The notes: generated from the letters alone by a model not told the origin. DNA of 64,000 nucleotides from an uncultured Acidobacteriota bacterium (GCA_963809485.1 CAWEJX010000020.1:544001-608000), one strand, 5' to 3'; counted from the first letter of the stretch, positions 41,607 through 52,080 are shown. Program-made: numbers and translations.

Positions 41607-42818
41607 TTAGAATAATTGGTCCTTTTGAAGAATTTCGGCGACCTGGTTTGCGTCCTTGTCTCCTCGGCCGGACAGGTTCACGATCACAACGGTGTCTTTG
41701 TCCAATTCGGGGGCCAGGCGGAGCAGCTCCGCGATCGCGTGCGCGCTTTCCAGGGCCGGGATTATTCCCTCCAGGCGGCTCAGGAGCTGAAACGCATCAA
41801 GCGCGCTGTCATCCCCAATCGAGGTATATTGCACGCGCCCGCTGTCATGCAGATAGGAGTGCTCGGGGCCGACAGCAGGATAGTCGAGGCCTGCCGAAAT
41901 GGAATGGGTGCCCGCAATCTGGCCGTTTTCATCCTGCAAGACATAGCTCAGAGTCCCCTGCAGGACGCCTTTCCTGCCGCCGCTGAAACGGGCCGCGTGC
42001 TGCCCAAGGGCCGTGCCCCTGCCGCCGGCCTCAACTCCAACCATGCGGATCCCGGGTTCACCGAGGAAATCATAAAAAAGGCCAATCGCGTTGCTTCCCC
42101 CGCCGACGCAGGCCAGGAGCAGATCCGGAAGCCTTCCTTCGGCTTCCAGAATTTGGGCGCGCGCTTCCCGGCCGATCACGGCCTGGAAATCGCGAACGAT
42201 CCAGGGGTAGGGATGAGCGCCCAGCACGGATCCCAACAGATAATGAGTGCTGGATACGTTGGTTACCCAGTCGCGCATCGCTTCGTTGATGGCATCCTTC
42301 AGGGTGCGGCTGCCGGAGTCCACGGGAATCACCTTTGCTCCCAGCAGGCGCATGCGGAAGACGTTCAGCGACTGGCGGCGCATATCTTCCGTGCCCATGT
42401 AGATGTCGCACTCCATGCCGAACAGGGCTGCAACGGTCGCGGTCGCCACTCCGTGCTGTCCCGCGCCGGTTTCGGCAATGATCCGTGTTTTGCCCATGCG
42501 TCTCGCCAGCAGGATCTGCCCCAGAGCGTTGTTGATTTTATGCGCGCCGGTATGGGTCAGGTCTTCACGTTTGAGGTAGATACGTCCTTTGCCGATGTGC
42601 GCGGAAAGGCGCCGGGCAAGCGTAAGCGGCGTCGGGCGGCCGGCGTATGTTCTGAAAAGATCTTCCAGTTCCGCCTGGAAGGCAGGATCCTGAATCGCCT
42701 GCCGATAAGCTTCTTCCAGCTCTTCCAGCGGGCCCATCAGCGTCTCGGGCACAAATCTGCCGCCATAGGAACCGTAGCGCCCGCGCTCGTCAGGGCCGGT
42801 TAAGGGGGTTTTCGGCAT
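41607..42818 (-). CDS. trpB: Tryptophan synthase beta chain
   Basis: [38 protein letters not shown]. Confidence 0.98.
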   Translation of the reverse strand: MPKTPLTGPDERGRYGSYGGRFVPETLMGPLEELEEAYRQAIQDPAFQAELEDLFRTYAGRPTPLTLARRLSAHIGKGRIYLKREDLTHTGAHKINNALGQILLARRMGKTRIIAETGAGQHGVATATVAALFGMECDIYMGTEDMRRQSLNVFRMRLLGAKVIPVDSGSRTLKDAINEAMRDWVTNVSSTHYLLGSVLGAHPYPWIVRDFQAVIGREARAQILEAEGRLPDLLLACVGGGSNAIGLFYDFLGEPGIRMVGVEAGGRGTALGQHAARFSGGRKGVLQGTLSYVLQDENGQIAGTHSISAGLDYPAVGPEHSYLHDSGRVQYTSIGDDSALDAFQLLSRLEGIIPALESAHAIAELLRLAPELDKDTVVIVNLSGRGDKDANQVAEILQKDQLF

Positions 42819-43425
42819 TTCTCACCTCGTTCATGAATTCCATCAACTTTCCGGCGTCCTTTTTCCCCGGAACGATCTCGACTCCGCTGCACACATCCAC
42901 CGCGTAAGGCGATACCGCGCGTATCGCCTCCCTCACATTGTCGGGCCGAAGCCCTCCTGCAAGGATAACGGGGCGGGTTCTTTTGATATTCCGGGCAAGG
43001 CCCCAGTCAAAGGATCGCCCTGTGCCGCCAAACAGGGCGTCGTCCCTGACATCCAGCAGGAAAGCCTGCACCTGAAATTCGTCCGGATTCTCCCGGAGGG
43101 GATCGGGCCCGATGCGAAGGGCTTTGATCAGGGGCCAGTCTGCCAGCTTCCGGCAATAGCCCGGGGATTCATCGCCATGCAGCTGAATCACCTGCACGCC
43201 GGCCAGACAGGCCGTCTCCGCAACTCCACCCGGCTCCGGAACATTTACAAATAGGCCCACCGCCGTTGCGAAGGGGGGCAGTCGACGGATAACGGAGCGC
43301 GCGGCCGCCGGATCGATATACCTGGGGCTGGATGGGTGGAAATTGAATCCCAACGCATCCGCGCCCAGGTCGAGAGCCATCGCGGCATCTTCATAGCAGG
43401 TGATCCCGCAAATTTTGACCTTCAT
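42790..43425 (-). CDS. trpF: Phosphoribosylanthranilate isomerase
   Basis: [29 protein letters not shown]. Confidence 0.95.
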   Translation of the reverse strand: MKVKICGITCYEDAAMALDLGADALGFNFHPSSPRYIDPAAARSVIRRLPPFATAVGLFVNVPEPGGVAETACLAGVQVIQLHGDESPGYCRKLADWPLIKALRIGPDPLRENPDEFQVQAFLLDVRDDALFGGTGRSFDWGLARNIKRTRPVILAGGLRPDNVREAIRAVSPYAVDVCSGVEIVPGKKDAGKLMEFMNEVRNAENPLNRP

Positions 43426-43443
43426 CCGGAACTCCGAATCCAA

Positions 43444-43845
43444 AGTCAGGTACCTCCGGCAAAGCCGGAGGCCTGTAAGATTTGAACCGCTCAAAGCGGT
43501 TGGAGAAGTTACGCCGGTCTTGAACGCTGACTTACGCGGGCAAAAGCCGATGAGGCGCTTCCGATCCCCGCAGGGGCCAGCGCTCCGCGCCGGACAGTTT
43601 TCTGGGGCGGCACTGTGGCAAGCGCCCGGTTTCTCATACCCTAAATCTCCTTGCCGCACGGCGCTTGCCACAGTGCCGCCCCAGAAAATTCCATCGGAAG
43701 CGCCTCATCGGCTTTTGCTCGCCGACCCTCGCCGAACAAATCGGCGTTTGTCAGCGCCTTTATCAGCGTTTCTCAGCGTTTTAAAATACGGAGCTGTCAA
43801 ACTTTTTAAGTCCCCCGGCAGAGCCGGAAGTTTACCAATGTAATC
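43444..43845 (+). mobile_element. Palindromic element, full-length copy H between trpC and trpF, central 33 bp inverted
   Basis: 402 bp; end overlaps trpC stop codon. Confidence 0.8.
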
Positions 43846-44683
43846 AAGCAGCCTTCCCTCGTAACCGGAGCAAAGCTTCGCCCGGGGACGAAGCCCGTAT
43901 GAGCTGTTCTCCCACAAGGAATCCGATGTAGCCGGCATCGGAAAGCTTGCGTATATCCTCCGCGCTGCGGATGCCGCTCTCGGCGACGGCCGTCACCTCC
44001 CCGGGCATATTTCGAGCCAGATCCAGGGATACATCCAGGCGGACCTCGAACGTCCGCAGGTCGCGGTTATTGACGCCAATCAGTGTGGCACCCGTATCGA
44101 GCGCCCGCTGGAGCTCCTCCCGGTTGTGGACCTCGACAAGCGCCTCCATGCCGTAGCGTTCTGCGTCCTCGCGGAGGTTGCGCAGCCCTGAAGCATCCAG
44201 CAGTGCGGCGATCAGCAGTACAGCATCCGCCCCCGCGTGGCGGGCTTCCAGGATCTGGTAGGAATCTATGATGAAGTCCTTGCGCAACAGCGGGATTCTT
44301 GTGCTCCAGCGCAAACGGGCAAGGATCTCGAGTCCGCCCTGGAAGTGCCTTACTTCGGTAACCACGGAAACGGCGGCTGCGCCGGCATCCTGGTATTCGC
44401 GAGCGATCGATTCCGGATCAAAATCCTTGCGGATCAAACCGGCCGACGGCGACGCCCGCTTGATCTCCGCAATTATGGCCGGCCTGTGCCTCGCCAGCGC
44501 CTTCCTGAAGGACCGTATCGCAGGGGCGCGGTCCAAAACGCTTTCGATGGACACGGCGGGCAGCTTCTGACGGGCAGCTATGAGTTCACGCACTTTATCA
44601 TGCATGATCTTTTCCAGGATAGTGTCCCTGAGCGGATCAGGCAGCCTGTAATCCAATGACGTTTGCAGTTTGTTCGTGTTCAT
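43844..44683 (-). CDS. trpC: Indole-3-glycerol phosphate synthase (start uncertain)
   Basis: IIAEIKRASPS, LLRKDFI, LVEVH, IGVNNRDL, AESGI. Confidence 0.96.
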   Translation of the reverse strand: MNTNKLQTSLDYRLPDPLRDTILEKIMHDKVRELIAARQKLPAVSIESVLDRAPAIRSFRKALARHRPAIIAEIKRASPSAGLIRKDFDPESIAREYQDAGAAAVSVVTEVRHFQGGLEILARLRWSTRIPLLRKDFIIDSYQILEARHAGADAVLLIAALLDASGLRNLREDAERYGMEALVEVHNREELQRALDTGATLIGVNNRDLRTFEVRLDVSLDLARNMPGEVTAVAESGIRSAEDIRKLSDAGYIGFLVGEQLIRASSPGEALLRLRGKAA

Positions 44684-44686
44684 GTT

Positions 44687-45262
44687 TCACGCTCCCCTCT
44701 GAAGGTTCAGGAAGTTTGAAAGCACCTTCTTCCCTGTTTCCGTCAAAATGGATTCCGGATGAAACTGCACTCCTTCGACCGTCATCTCGCGATGGCGCAG
44801 TCCCATGATGACGCCGTCCCCGGTTTTTGCCGATACTTCCAGGCAGGCGGGAAGGGTCTCAGGAGCAACCACTAATGAATGATAGCGCGTCGCACGGAAT
44901 GGATTCGGCAAATCTGAAAAAATTGTCCGTCCATCATGAAAAATGTCGCTGGTTTTTCCATGCATGATTTGCGGCGCCTGAACGACGTCGCCGCCAAAAG
45001 CGGCGCCAATGGCCTGATGGCCGAGGCAGACCCCCAGAATCGGGATTTTCCCGGCAAATTCGCGGATCAGCGGGATGATGATGCCTGAATTTTCGGGGCG
45101 GCCGGGGCCGGGGGAAAGAACAATATTTGCCGGCGTCAGGCTTTCAATCTCAGACAGACTGATGGCATCATTGCGAAAAACCTTCAGTTCCTGCCCCATT
45201 TCACCCAAATACTGCACGAGATTGAAGGTAAAGGAATCATAATTATCAATAACAAGAATCAT
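44687..45262 (-). CDS. trpG: Anthranilate synthase component II
   Basis: [25 protein letters not shown]. Confidence 0.95.
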   Translation of the reverse strand: MILVIDNYDSFTFNLVQYLGEMGQELKVFRNDAISLSEIESLTPANIVLSPGPGRPENSGIIIPLIREFAGKIPILGVCLGHQAIGAAFGGDVVQAPQIMHGKTSDIFHDGRTIFSDLPNPFRATRYHSLVVAPETLPACLEVSAKTGDGVIMGLRHREMTVEGVQFHPESILTETGKKVLSNFLNLQRGA

Positions 45263-45276
45263 GCCACCCCCCAACG

Positions 45277-45427
45277 GAATTACGAATTACGAATTACGAA
45301 TGACGAATAGGAGCACCATTCTCTATTGGAGTTGCCATTGGATTGTCCGGGAGCTTATTGAATAAATGGAGGCCGGCCCTTTTGTCATTTAATTCGTAAT
45401 TCGTCATTCGAAATTCGATATTCATTT
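45277..45427. repeat. Inverted pair of (AATKACG)n heptamer arrays between trpE and trpG
   Basis: GAATTAC x3 GAATGAC ... AATTCGT AATTCGT CATTCGA AATTCGA; overlaps trpE stop. Confidence 0.85.
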
Positions 45428-46900
45428 CAGGCCTTCGTGGGCGAATTTGACGGCCCGGATCAGCGCGCTGGCCTTGTTGATGGACTCTTCGTACTCACGC
45501 CTGGGTTCGGAGTCCGCCACGATTCCCCCGCCTGCCTGTATATAGGCCATACCGTCCTTGATGACGAGCGTGCGCAGCGCGATACACGTGTCGAGGTTGC
45601 CGGAGAAATCGACATACCCCACGGCGCCCCCATAAACTCCCCGGCGGCAGGGCTCGAAGTCCTCGATGATTTCCATGGCGCGCACTTTGGGAGCCCCGGA
45701 TACCGTGCCCGCCGGCAGGCAGGATTCCAGCGCATGGTAGCAGTCGAGACTCCCGCGCAGCTGACCTTCCACGCTGCTGACCAGATGCATGACATGGCTG
45801 TACTTTTCTATGCGCATCAAATCTGTCACCTGAACCGAGCCATACTTGCAGACCCGCCCCAGGTCGTTGCGTCCAAGGTCTACGAGCATGATGTGTTCCG
45901 CACGCTCCTTTTCGTCGGACAGTAACTCCCGGCCAAACCGCTCATCCTCCTCGGACGTGCTGCCCCTGGGACGCGTTCCGGCAATCGGTCCGTACTCGAC
46001 CCGGCCCTCGCGGACCTTTACCAGCATTTCAGGCGAAGCCCCCACGAGATGCAGGTTATCCAGACGAAGGAAGAACATGTAGGGAGAGGGATTGATGAAG
46101 CGGAGGGCACGGTAGATATCGAAGGGATCGCAGCTGATCTTCATCGCGAACCGCTGGGACAGCACCACTTGAAAAATGTCACCGGCCTGAATATAGGACT
46201 TGGCCGCCTCAACGTTGGCGGAATATTTCGACTCGCCCAGATTGGAAACGGGCTCTGGAATGCACTCCCGGGCTGCGGGCGAAGGGAGGGAAATCGGGAT
46301 CGTCAGGCGCTTCTCAATCTGCTCGATGCGCAGCAAAGCATCCTGGTACCTGGATTCCAGGCCTTGCCCGCCGCGATCGTCAATGATGTTGGCGATGATG
46401 TGAATCCTGTGCTTCAAATGATCGAAGGCAAGAATCGTGGAAAAATACATCACCTCGTAATCATCGATGTTCAGGTCATCCACGGCTCGGCAGGGCAGGT
46501 TCTCGAACTGGCGAACCAGGTCATAGGCAAAATATCCGACGCCGCCGCCCACGAACGGAGGCAGATCGGGAATGGGAACCGGCTTGAATTTCGCCGCGAT
46601 CTCCCTCAGCTTGGAAAGGCCGCGCGCTTTTTCACGGACAATTTCACCCTGGCATTCGCTCCAGACGGAATTCCCCTTGCCGCGCACAACGATGAAGGGA
46701 TCCCAGCCGATGAAAGAATACCTGGCAAGGCGCTCGCCGCCCTCAACGCTTTCCAGCAGAAAGACTCTCCGCCGTCCCTGAGCCAGCCTTAAAAATGCGG
46801 AGGCCGGCGTCAAGAGATCTCCCAGGATGTCCTTTCGGACAGGGATGACGGATCCCCGCCCTGCCATGATCAGCACTTCCTTCAGTGAAGGTTGAATCAT
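45422..46900 (-). CDS. trpE: Anthranilate synthase component I
   Basis: LLESVEGGE, GDIFQVVLSQ, NPSPYM, EHIMLVDLGRND, SGAPKVRAM. Confidence 0.96.
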   Translation of the reverse strand: MIQPSLKEVLIMAGRGSVIPVRKDILGDLLTPASAFLRLAQGRRRVFLLESVEGGERLARYSFIGWDPFIVVRGKGNSVWSECQGEIVREKARGLSKLREIAAKFKPVPIPDLPPFVGGGVGYFAYDLVRQFENLPCRAVDDLNIDDYEVMYFSTILAFDHLKHRIHIIANIIDDRGGQGLESRYQDALLRIEQIEKRLTIPISLPSPAARECIPEPVSNLGESKYSANVEAAKSYIQAGDIFQVVLSQRFAMKISCDPFDIYRALRFINPSPYMFFLRLDNLHLVGASPEMLVKVREGRVEYGPIAGTRPRGSTSEEDERFGRELLSDEKERAEHIMLVDLGRNDLGRVCKYGSVQVTDLMRIEKYSHVMHLVSSVEGQLRGSLDCYHALESCLPAGTVSGAPKVRAMEIIEDFEPCRRGVYGGAVGYVDFSGNLDTCIALRTLVIKDGMAYIQAGGGIVADSEPRREYEESINKASALIRAVKFAHEGLK

Positions 46901-46926
46901 ATCTCGCTCTCAGAATCGGATGCCGC

Positions 46927-46965
46927 AAAAAAAAAGCCGCAAACGCCTTGAGTCGTTCGCGGCTT
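46927..46965 (-). terminator. trp attenuator terminator
   Basis: AAGCCGCGAACG-ACTCAAGG-CGTTTGCGGC-TTTTTTTTT on minus strand, 26 nt before trpE. Confidence 0.88.
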
Positions 46966-46988
46966 CATCACCCTAATCGTTTCCGGTT

Positions 46989-47078
46989 TCAGGGGACTGG
47001 CGGCCAATCGACCCGGGATCTTCCTGTCACGCGCCACCACTGCCAGAAACCAATTCGATGGATAATTTCCCTGTTCAT
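46989..47078 (-). CDS. trpL: trp operon leader peptide (29 aa, MNREIIHRIGFWQWWRVTGRSRVDWPPVP)
   Basis: Clustered TGG codons (W-Q-W-W) directly upstream of terminator hairpin and trpE. Confidence 0.85.
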   Translation of the reverse strand: MNREIIHRIGFWQWWRVTGRSRVDWPPVP

Positions 47079-47302
47079 TATGCCGCCTGATCCAATTATC
47101 AATAATTTCTATCACAAGACAGCCATAGGACGCAACCGCAATGCGGCCTGCAAATTTTTGAAGCCCCTTAATGGAATCCACACTCAACTGTGTCATATTT
47201 ACAACAAACCAAAGGACAGACCGAATATTTCAAATAATTCACATTTGCCATAAATTATTGCCCATCTATTAAATAAAGGGATTTTATGCAGGAACCCGCT
47301 CT

Positions 47303-47318
47303 TGGCATAAAATTTGCT
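47303..47318 (+). promoter_or_regulatory. sigma54-type -24/-12 promoter upstream of lpxC
   Basis: TGGCAT-AAAAT-TTGCT with correct GG-N10-GC spacing. Confidence 0.55.
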
Positions 47319-47379
47319 AGCGAAGGAACTTACACGCGGGAAACCGTATCTACGGCTCATTTGACACAAGGAAAACTGC

Positions 47380-48264
47380 ATGCTGAAGCTCCAGAGGACG
47401 TTGCGCAGAGAGGTTCCGTTTGAGGGCACGGGCCTTCACACCGGCTATTCCGTCAAGCTGAGGTTGGTTCCGGCGCCGCCGGAAACGGGGATACGCTTCC
47501 GCCGTACAGACCTGAAGAATTTCGAAATCGAGGCGGTGCGCGCCCATGTAGCCAAGGTCAGCTACGCAACGACCCTGATGAAAAAGGGGGTCATGATCTC
47601 CACGGTAGAGCACCTCCTTTCGGCGCTCTACGGCCTGGGGATTGACAACCTGTATCTCGACATAAACTCTCTGGAAGTTCCGATCCTGGACGGCAGCGGA
47701 AAGCAATTCGTGGAAGAGATGCTGAAAGCCGGGATTGTCGAGCAGGCGGCGCTTCGCAACTACCTGGTGGTTGAGAAGCCCATCGAGGTACGCCAGGGCG
47801 ACAAGGTAGCCGGAGTGTATCCGGACCCGATTCCAAAAGCCACCTACATCATCGATTTCAGTCACGAGGCGATCGGGCACCAGGAAATACAGATGGAGTT
47901 GACGCCGGAGTCCTACTACCGCGAACTCGCCAGCGCCCGCACATTCGGTTTCGTTACGGACATTGAATATCTGAAAAGCCTCGGGCTCATTCAAGGCGGT
48001 TCCCTCGACAATGCCGTCGTGCTCGATTCCTCCGGGATCATCAACAACCATCTCCGCTTTCCCAACGAATTTGTGCGCCACAAACTGCTGGACCTGCTGG
48101 GAGACATTTCGCTGACGGGCTACCCCATCATCGGGCATTTGCACGCCGAGAGGGCGGGTCACGCCATTCACACCGCATTGGCCGAGAAGATTACGCGGCT
48201 AAAAAACCACTGCAGGATCTGCACCGCCCCGGAACTGGAACTCACCCTGGCCAAAGCCATCTGA
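47380..48264 (+). CDS. lpxC: UDP-3-O-acyl-N-acetylglucosamine deacetylase
   Basis: QRTL, GLHTG, TVEHLLSAL, EVPILDGS, RHKLLDLLGD. Confidence 0.96.
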   Translation: MLKLQRTLRREVPFEGTGLHTGYSVKLRLVPAPPETGIRFRRTDLKNFEIEAVRAHVAKVSYATTLMKKGVMISTVEHLLSALYGLGIDNLYLDINSLEVPILDGSGKQFVEEMLKAGIVEQAALRNYLVVEKPIEVRQGDKVAGVYPDPIPKATYIIDFSHEAIGHQEIQMELTPESYYRELASARTFGFVTDIEYLKSLGLIQGGSLDNAVVLDSSGIINNHLRFPNEFVRHKLLDLLGDISLTGYPIIGHLHAERAGHAIHTALAEKITRLKNHCRICTAPELELTLAKAI

Positions 48265-48399
48265 AAGCCGGGATCGGGCATTTTTTACCTTTTCATGCGC
48301 CGGGCACTGTATTTCGTCTGTGGTCCCCTTGCTTCCGGCTTCTGACGGGCGGAGCCGCATGAACGGGTGACAAAGGCAGGAGCCCATTATGGCCAGGCA

Positions 48400-49023
48400 T
48401 TACCTTTTTCGGAGAATGGCGCGGACGGGGGATCCGTCCAATCCGGCTAATTTCAAAGGCAGGCAAAAGAGTTCATAGTCTCCCGGCGGGACTTTTTCCA
48501 GTTGTGCGTCTTCGAGGATAACAGTTCCGCGGCCCAGCAGGATGGTGTGCGAGGGAAGGAGTTCGCTTTCGAAGGCATCGACCGATGGAGCGTCCGTTCC
48601 CACGAGATACATTTCATGACGGGCAAGAAATTCCGCCGCATCCTCTGCAAAATAAACGTAGCTGCGGCTGAACGGCTGCCCTTCCAACCCGCGGGACCCG
48701 GTCTTGAACAGTGCCCGTTCCACACCCCGCCAATCCAGCGCTTCGAGATCCGCAGCCCGTATGCATTTCTCTGCCGCTATCGAAAAAACGCGGGCGGGAC
48801 CGATGCAATTTCGTATCGGGATACTGGAGACGTCGACGCCGGAATCATCGAGGTGGAGAGGCGCATCGATGTGCGTCCCCGTGTGAACCCCCATGTGGAT
48901 TTCCGCGACATTGCAGGTTTCGCCGTCGCGAATCCGCATGGCCCACCGGGGAGAGAACTCCGGGTCGCCGGGCCAGACCTCAATGCCTTTATCAAGAGTC
49001 CGCGATATGTCGTAAATCTGCAT
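48400..49023 (-). CDS. Cyclase family protein (kynurenine formamidase KynB-like)
   Basis: VWPGDP, HTGTHIDAPLH, GTDAPSVD, DGSPVRA. Confidence 0.85.
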   Translation of the reverse strand: MQIYDISRTLDKGIEVWPGDPEFSPRWAMRIRDGETCNVAEIHMGVHTGTHIDAPLHLDDSGVDVSSIPIRNCIGPARVFSIAAEKCIRAADLEALDWRGVERALFKTGSRGLEGQPFSRSYVYFAEDAAEFLARHEMYLVGTDAPSVDAFESELLPSHTILLGRGTVILEDAQLEKVPPGDYELFCLPLKLAGLDGSPVRAILRKR

Positions 49024-49064
49024 GTTGACGTCGCACCCGGCCAAAAAGCGATCCCAGCTGAAAG

Positions 49065-49832
49065 TCATTTCGGCGGAATAGGCTTTGAGAAAAAATCATC
49101 CAGAAGATTGTTGTTGTACGTGATCTTCAGGACAAAGCTCTGAAAGGAGCGGCGCTTGTTCACGTAGCCGTCCGTCCGCAGGGGCGTATTCACTCCCTGA
49201 ACAATATGCCACTGGCTGTACTCCTGCACGTGACGCTCGCGCACGCCCTTCCCATTGACGCTCCAGTATTCCGTTTTGGCAGGAAATTTGGAAATCCGGT
49301 CAAAGTAGACCGTCACCTCGTCGTTTTCCGGATCCACGATCTTGACCATTTCGAGAGTGACGTCCCTGTCCTCTCCCGGCCCCAGGTGGAACAGCTTGTT
49401 TTCGGGATCCTTGTATCGGAAACGGAATATCGTATCGATGCTGTGCTTCACGGCGGCCCTGAATTCCTTCATTTCATCGGGAGCGGCATCGCGCGTTTCC
49501 TTCTGTCCTTCGAGAATCCAGCCCTCGTCCTTCTCGAGGTTGAATACGGTTATATCCAGTTCCTTTTTCCTGTTCCCAAGCTCGAAACGGCTCTTATCGG
49601 GAAGTTTGGTGTAGTCGGTGAATTTGATGATGCCGGAAGAATTCCCTTCCCTGTCAAACACAAAATAATTGCCCATAGACACCATATCGGTGACTTTCAG
49701 GAAAGCATCGCCTCCCATGGCTTGTATTGCGTCCTCAAACAGGGTTCGGATAATCCCATCATCCTGGCTGTGAACAAACGGCGTCCAAACGAGAGTCATT
49801 AGAACCACCAACAACGCTTTCATCCTATGCAT
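49065..49832 (-). CDS. Hypothetical exported protein (possibly LolA-like fold)
   Basis: Signal peptide, AIQAMGG motif, C-terminal YNNNLLDDFFSKP. Confidence 0.65.
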   Translation of the reverse strand: MHRMKALLVVLMTLVWTPFVHSQDDGIIRTLFEDAIQAMGGDAFLKVTDMVSMGNYFVFDREGNSSGIIKFTDYTKLPDKSRFELGNRKKELDITVFNLEKDEGWILEGQKETRDAAPDEMKEFRAAVKHSIDTIFRFRYKDPENKLFHLGPGEDRDVTLEMVKIVDPENDEVTVYFDRISKFPAKTEYWSVNGKGVRERHVQEYSQWHIVQGVNTPLRTDGYVNKRRSFQSFVLKITYNNNLLDDFFSKPIPPK

Positions 49833-50185
49833 ATCGAACGGTCTCCGGGAACAATTCGGGCCCACACCCTCTTAGGATATCACAAAGAAATGAATGGTGT
49901 TGCAGGCGGAGGTGCTGATTAACAGAAGTTTCAGCGTTCCTCAGCGCATTTTTCGGCGTAAGTCCGCGTTCCGGGATCCTGCAGCCTTCGATTTCCTTCA
50001 TTTTCCCGTCTTTGCCAGTGGTCCTGTCGATGACCGGATCTGCTTTTGAGCTGCACTATCGGCAGAAGCTGCGGATGCCTTTCCCCTGATCTAATCCAGT
50101 CGGGCCGCGATTGAGCTTGCCCGGCGCCATGGAATCGCTTATATAGTATTCAAAGCGCCGCGACTGCTGCGGGAGGGCATACGCC

Positions 50186-50707
50186 ATGCAAAGCCTTTTG
50201 ATCATGACCATCATCGGCAAGGACAGAACAGGGCTGGTGGAATCCATCGCCGGGCTTATAGAAAGCCACGGCGGAAACTGGCTGGAGAGCCGGATGTGCC
50301 GGCTGGGCGGAGAATTTGCCGGCATCCTGAGGATCCGCGTGCCCAAAGAAAAAGAAAAGGTCCTGATAAAATCTTTGCAGGAACTGGATTCGCGGGGATT
50401 AACGGTGATCATCCGCCCGGATCAGCGGGAACCCGCGATCGGACCCCACAAGATCGCTCTGCTCAGCCTGATCGGAGCCGACCGGCCCGGCATCATTCAC
50501 CAGATTTCGGCGATCCTTGCGAACAAGGGAGTCAACGTGGAGGAACTGGAGACCGAATACACCAGTGCTCCAATGTCGGGAGAGGCGATTTTCCAGGCTC
50601 TAGCCCGGTTGCAGATACCCGCTTCCTGTGTTCTCGCGGAGCTCCGCAAAGAGCTGGAGATGATCGGCAGCGAATTGATGGTCGATATTACCTTCTCCGA
50701 AGCTTAG
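50186..50707 (+). CDS. Double ACT-domain protein (GcvR-like)
   Basis: GKDRTGLV, GNWLESRM, GADRPGII. Confidence 0.85.
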   Translation: MQSLLIMTIIGKDRTGLVESIAGLIESHGGNWLESRMCRLGGEFAGILRIRVPKEKEKVLIKSLQELDSRGLTVIIRPDQREPAIGPHKIALLSLIGADRPGIIHQISAILANKGVNVEELETEYTSAPMSGEAIFQALARLQIPASCVLAELRKELEMIGSELMVDITFSEA

Positions 50708-52080
50708 CTCCCCTCAGCGGCAGCATTCGGGCCCTCGGTCTTGCGCTTCAGGATCAGGCTCAGAAGCGGTGGCGTGATCAGTGTCGTCACGATAACCATG
50801 ATGACCAGCGCCGAAAAAACGGCGTCATCCACAACCTTCAGATTCTTGCCAATGGCGGCAAAGATCAGCCCGACTTCTCCGCGCGGGATCATTCCTACGC
50901 CTATCGCGGTCCGGTTCAGGTTTTTCTCCAGCACTCCCAGGCCGCAAATCTGTTTTCCCGCGATCGCCGCAACGGTCAATGCTGCAGCCAGCCCAAGGAT
51001 GGGAATGTTGGCGAAGGATTCGAGCCGGACCTGAATTCCCATCAACACAAAGAAAACCGGCACCAGGAATGTGGAAACCGGCCGGATGAGCTGTTCCAGC
51101 TGAACCTCGCCCTGAAATCCCCGAAAATGGACCGTTTCTAGCAGCAGTCCAGCCGCAAATGCCCCGACAATCGGCGCCAGGCCGACGGCATCTGCAAGAT
51201 AAGCCAGGGCAAACGCGAAAACGAGGGCAGAGATAAGCATGACGCCGCTTGTCCGCAGCCTCGCGGCCTGTTTCATCATACGCGGGACAAGGAATGAACC
51301 CGCGGCCAGCGTTCCTCCAAGAAAGAAAAAGGCCACAAAAATCAGGCGGAGAAGCTCCCCCATCGCCAGGGATTTCCCCAGTTCGGCGGCAGACACAATT
51401 CCGGAGACAATGGCCAGGATCATCAGTCCAAGGACATCGTCGATAACGGCGGCGCCCAGGATGATTTGCGCCTCTTTCGTCTGCAGCATTTTCAGGTCCT
51501 TGAATACCCGCGCGGTTATTCCCACACTCGTGGCGCACAGAACCGCCCCGACAAACAGATGGACATAATGGGTGCTGAAAGCTGGAGGCGCGATCGAGGT
51601 GAGTCCGGCCGGAAGCTGCCGGATAAAAATCCAGCTCGCCCCGAACCCAAGAATGAAAGGAGCGATCACCCCCAGCAACGCGACAAGCAAAGATGAGGCG
51701 CCAACATTCATCATACCTTTGACGGTGGATTCAAGCCCGACCTCGAAAAGCAGAATGATGACGCCGAGGCGGGCAAGGCTGTCTATGGCAATCGGCCAAT
51801 ATCCCTGAACGGGAGTCATGCGCAGGGGCTCGAAGAGCGCCCAGCCGGGATTGACCAGAACCAGGTTTCCCAGAACAATCCCCCCTATCAATTCCCCCAG
51901 GACCGAAGGCAGTCCCAGCCGTTCAAATAATTCCCCTCCCAACTTGGCTGCGACCAGGATGGCGATCAGGACCAGAAGAGCGGTTGATATCGGGTCGTTA
52001 TGGCCCGATCCTTCTGCGGCGAATGCGGCATTGCCCGCAAAAAGGAAAGAGCCCAAGGTGAATAGCCGGCCTTTTTTCAT
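50704..52080 (-). CDS. Cation:proton antiporter (CPA2/NapA-like)
   Basis: LFEVGLE, ATSVGIT, AAVIDDV, GMIPRGEV. Confidence 0.92.
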   Translation of the reverse strand: MKKGRLFTLGSFLFAGNAAFAAEGSGHNDPISTALLVLIAILVAAKLGGELFERLGLPSVLGELIGGIVLGNLVLVNPGWALFEPLRMTPVQGYWPIAIDSLARLGVIILLFEVGLESTVKGMMNVGASSLLVALLGVIAPFILGFGASWIFIRQLPAGLTSIAPPAFSTHYVHLFVGAVLCATSVGITARVFKDLKMLQTKEAQIILGAAVIDDVLGLMILAIVSGIVSAAELGKSLAMGELLRLIFVAFFFLGGTLAAGSFLVPRMMKQAARLRTSGVMLISALVFAFALAYLADAVGLAPIVGAFAAGLLLETVHFRGFQGEVQLEQLIRPVSTFLVPVFFVLMGIQVRLESFANIPILGLAAALTVAAIAGKQICGLGVLEKNLNRTAIGVGMIPRGEVGLIFAAIGKNLKVVDDAVFSALVIMVIVTTLITPPLLSLILKRKTEGPNAAAEGS

